Below, piece after piece: positions 63,192-64,000 of a stretch of 64,000 nucleotides of DNA. The position numbers and the translations under genes were made by a program. The notes below the pieces were generated by a model. It saw only the letters and a list, made by a program, of their open reading frames with translations, was not told the origin of the DNA and made no database searches. The stretch covers positions 738,124,911-738,188,910 of the forward strand of contig NC_058130.1 in NCBI RefSeq assembly GCF_016433145.1. The letters run 5' to 3'. This stretch comes from Gracilinanus agilis. Its lineage: Eukaryota. How positions within the stretch are numbered: the first letter of the stretch is position 1; the number at the start of each line of letters is the position of its first letter.

Positions 63192-64000
63192 TCTGCCTCT
63201 GCAGGAATGACAGAATGTCAGAACTGAAAGGGACTCTAAAGGTCATTTTTACAGGAAGGAAACAGAAGCCCAGATAAGGCAAGGACTTGCCCAAGATCCC
63301 ACGCCATTTAAGGGGCAGAGCCAGGACTAAACCTCGGAGTTTCTGAGCAGTGCTTTAATGACACTACGCCATCGCCGGGAGATGGGGCATCCAGAGGGAG
63401 AAAAAGGACCAAGGCATTCCTTGGGAACCCCCCCAACACAGCTGTTGCCTTGGCCTTCTACCCCTGAGATCTCCCTTCCAGACCCTGATGCCTTCTCAGA
63501 ACCTCCCCCCTCATCAGTCCTAATCCTCAGTTCCTAATTCAGCTCATATTCTCAGATTTACAGCCTGGGTTTAAGAGGGACGCCTCCCCTCTCTGTTAGT
63601 TACCCCTCCCCTCCTCACTCCCTGTCTCCTCCTTTTCTCCCAGAATTCAGGGAGCAGAGTAAGCTTTAACCTACCCATTCCCATTCCCTCCCTGGGACCC
63701 AAGCAGCCTACTCACCACTCAGTCCCCCATCTCACTCCCAGGAAACACTAAACTCCTAGCTCTCCCCCACTATTGCCACAGATTGCCTCAAGGATTGAGT
63801 TTGCTTGGGAAACTCCTGCCTCTCAGACCCTAGATTCCCATTCTGGGCTTTTCAGGGGTGGGACTGAAGCTGTACCTCCACCCCCACCCCATGGGGGCAC
63901 TCCCAGTGCCACCTCCAACCCAGTGCCACCTCCAACCGGAAAAGCCGGCTAGAGCCTGGCTCTGGTTACCAGGGCCCCAGGGGCAGGGAGTGGAAGAGTT

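Noticed and set aside
63903-63936. 17-bp tandem duplication ccagtgccacctccaac
   Set aside because: Only two copies and no supporting context; likely local slippage.

Overview
Marsupial genomic DNA, most likely a didelphid opossum judging by the SINE1_Mdo-type, MAR1-type, L1_Mdo-type and RTE repeats. It carries four protein-coding genes, all on the minus strand. (1) ACTL9, intronless, 3748-2492, 418 aa. (2) TGFBR3L, six coding exons over 30976-28088 plus a predicted non-coding last exon. (3) MAP2K7/MKK7, 12 coding exons over 47788-34961 including the 48-nt gamma cassette exon, with a CpG-island promoter and an approximately 3.3-kb 3' UTR. (4) LRRC8E, two coding exons over 63191-60351, 787 aa. 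Exon boundaries were read by hand from GT/AG sites and reading phase; orthology rests on my recall of the human proteins, not on a search. The LRRC8E-MAP2K7-TGFBR3L order matches human 19p13.2, but here it is followed by about 24 kb of nested transposons and ACTL9 rather than SNAPC2. Five N gaps limit what can be seen. I found no wholly new biological system. The most notable observations are an RTE LINE with a twin-priming 5' inversion and visible primer complementarity, a TGFBR3L model with a signal-peptide exon, a gonadotrope-type promoter motif cluster and two alternative C-terminal frames, an LTR and CRE-like pair upstream of ACTL9, and a SINE tail that may supply the LRRC8E poly(A) signal.
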